This document shows positions 62,431 through 64,000 of a stretch of 64,000 nt of DNA, one piece after another (the stretch's first letter is position 1; every line of letters begins with the position of its first letter). The position numbers and the translations under genes are program-made. Where the stretch lies: NCBI GenBank assembly GCA_907165135.1, contig OU015566.1, positions 8,246,001 to 8,310,000 on the forward strand. The letters run 5' to 3'. This DNA comes from Oikopleura dioica. Its lineage: Eukaryota; Animalia; Chordata. Below the pieces are notes generated by a model that was given only the letters and a program-made list of their open reading frames with translations, was not told the origin of the DNA and made no database searches.

Positions 62431-64000
62431 ATGGCGACGAGAGAAAATTATCGCCACTTGAAAAATTTCTGCGGCGACAATTGCGAGATTTCGAACATTC
62501 TTCTTCAGAAGAACTCTGCTACATTTTTTGACATTCAGGGAAAGCAGAATGTTATCACCATCACTCCAGTCGGCGAGGATTTCACTGGAGATCTTGAACT
62601 TTTCACGGCTTTTTATCACATTGAAAGTGTGATTCTTTGTGGAAGGCTTGATGATTCGACTAGGTGTTATCGTATTAATAAAGCCCTTGATCCTGATTCA
62701 TTGGAACGTTTTGAAGGACTTGAACCGCTGATCTTTCCTTTCTCAGACTTCGTCATCAAGTCTGATGATGGAAAAGTGCTCCTACTGGAAAAGGACATTT
62801 ACGGCTTCAACATGTTTCTAGCGGAGAACAACTCGATATTGTGGAAAAACTCATTTTCCGTAGGAGATCAGGTCCTGGCAACGTATGAGTCAGCGCGTAA
62901 TCACGCTAGCTACATAATTTCATCAGACAAGAACGAAGGGATGATCACGAACTATTGTCAAAACGACGCAGGAATCAACAAGACGCCTCCCGAAGAAAAT
63001 CTCATGTGCTCGTCCTGCGTTTCGTATAAGCTTTCCTGCTGCAGCAAACACTCTGGCCTTTGTTCTTCTGAAATTCTCTCGACAACGAAACACGAAGATG
63101 CGATCTACTCAGTTTTCAAGTTTGGCAAGAACTCGAGGTTGTGCAAGACTTCTCTGGAGAAAATCGACGAAGAGTTTCTTTCACAAAATCAACGATATTG
63201 CTATTCCACCTCTTGTGATACCATGTCTCCCTCCCCGAAAGAAATGGGCAAGACCATCAAAATAGCTGAAAGTATTTGTGAAGATTCTGACATTGTTTTT
63301 GCTGACTGCAGCGCTCCACAAGTCAGACTGTTTAGTCGAGAGTACATGACTCTTGTTAACTCTGGACTCAAAACTGACAAGACCCTTTTCATGGAAGAAG
63401 TTGGTGCTCTTGTTGGAACTCCCAGCTCTTTGGTCATTTCAACAGATGATGCAGGCGCTAAGATCGTTTCTTTGTTGGAAAATAATGTTGTTCGACGGGG
63501 ATATTTGCGATCTGATGGATTGACCATGGTCGACGATAAATCTTTTGATGAAAATATCGTCCTCATCGAAGAAGTTGCATCTGGTCTGGCTTTCAATGTT
63601 GAAGAACAGGAGCTTATTTCTCTTGAAGAATGCCATCTTCCAAAAGAAACTTCATGTTTGAAGTGCCAAGAAGGAATCGGCTGTCAGTGGAGCGATGGCG
63701 AATGCAGAACAGTATCTTCTATCGTCGAAAATCAGACCTGTCCGGCTCTAGGGCTCTTAGATTTTCTGGAATCTAAGAATTTCTACAAAGGAGAGAGGCC
63801 GAGACCTTCATCACTTATGAAATAATCATCTTAGAATTAGCCTCAAAAAAGTAAGAATCCTGAAAAATGAAGTTGGAAATTTGTCGACGCTTACTTGCAA
63901 AAACTCGAAAATGCGTAAGTTTCTAAGAACATTTTTGCCTCTATTATTTATGTTTCAGAAACAAGCTTTGAAATCGAAGAGATGCCTGAATATTTCGAGA
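62431..64000 (+). CDS. Cys-rich extracellular protein with Sema/PSI-like region (plexin/MET/semaphorin-like), partial
   Basis: 1.4-kb exon with Cys clusters and a PSI-like CLKCQEGIGCQWSDGEC motif; continues past the window end. Confidence 0.45.

Noticed and set aside
1948-63636. Numerous short ORFs in the track that are antisense or alternate-frame to identified genes
   Set aside because: They are shadows of real coding exons or run through introns, with no motifs or splice support.

Overview
Eukaryotic, gene-dense, AT-rich window with many 35-50 nt introns, at least one required GA-AG intron, and operon-like runs of co-directional genes with 40-400 nt gaps. These properties best fit the appendicularian tunicate Oikopleura dioica or a relative (inference, not proven). 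From left to right: (1) a complete Penelope-like retrotransposon (RT + GIY-YIG ORF, direct and inverted pseudo-LTRs, 10-12 bp TSD) whose pLTRs each carry a minimal hammerhead ribozyme, inserted in an intron of a glutamate decarboxylase gene; (2) a Shaker-type Kv channel gene nested antisense in another 4.7 kb intron of that GAD gene; (3) a NEK-like pseudokinase, calreticulin, an unidentified small membrane protein, ERH, an HxxxDG condensation/alcohol-acetyltransferase-fold gene and a MARP ankyrin gene; (4) a minus-strand run RPL31-CAPZB-TMEM14-NACA-ENTPD4/7-DPM3-AAGAB-IFT22-CAPRIN containing a hAT-type MITE and a complex 398-bp duplication; (5) MTERF, a composite foldback repeat, PLD, beta-TrCP, VWA8, an orphan gene, AASDH and the start of a Sema/PSI-like gene. 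No rRNA, tRNA or CRISPR array was recognised. Gene spans are from manual splicing, so outer boundaries are approximate where stated.
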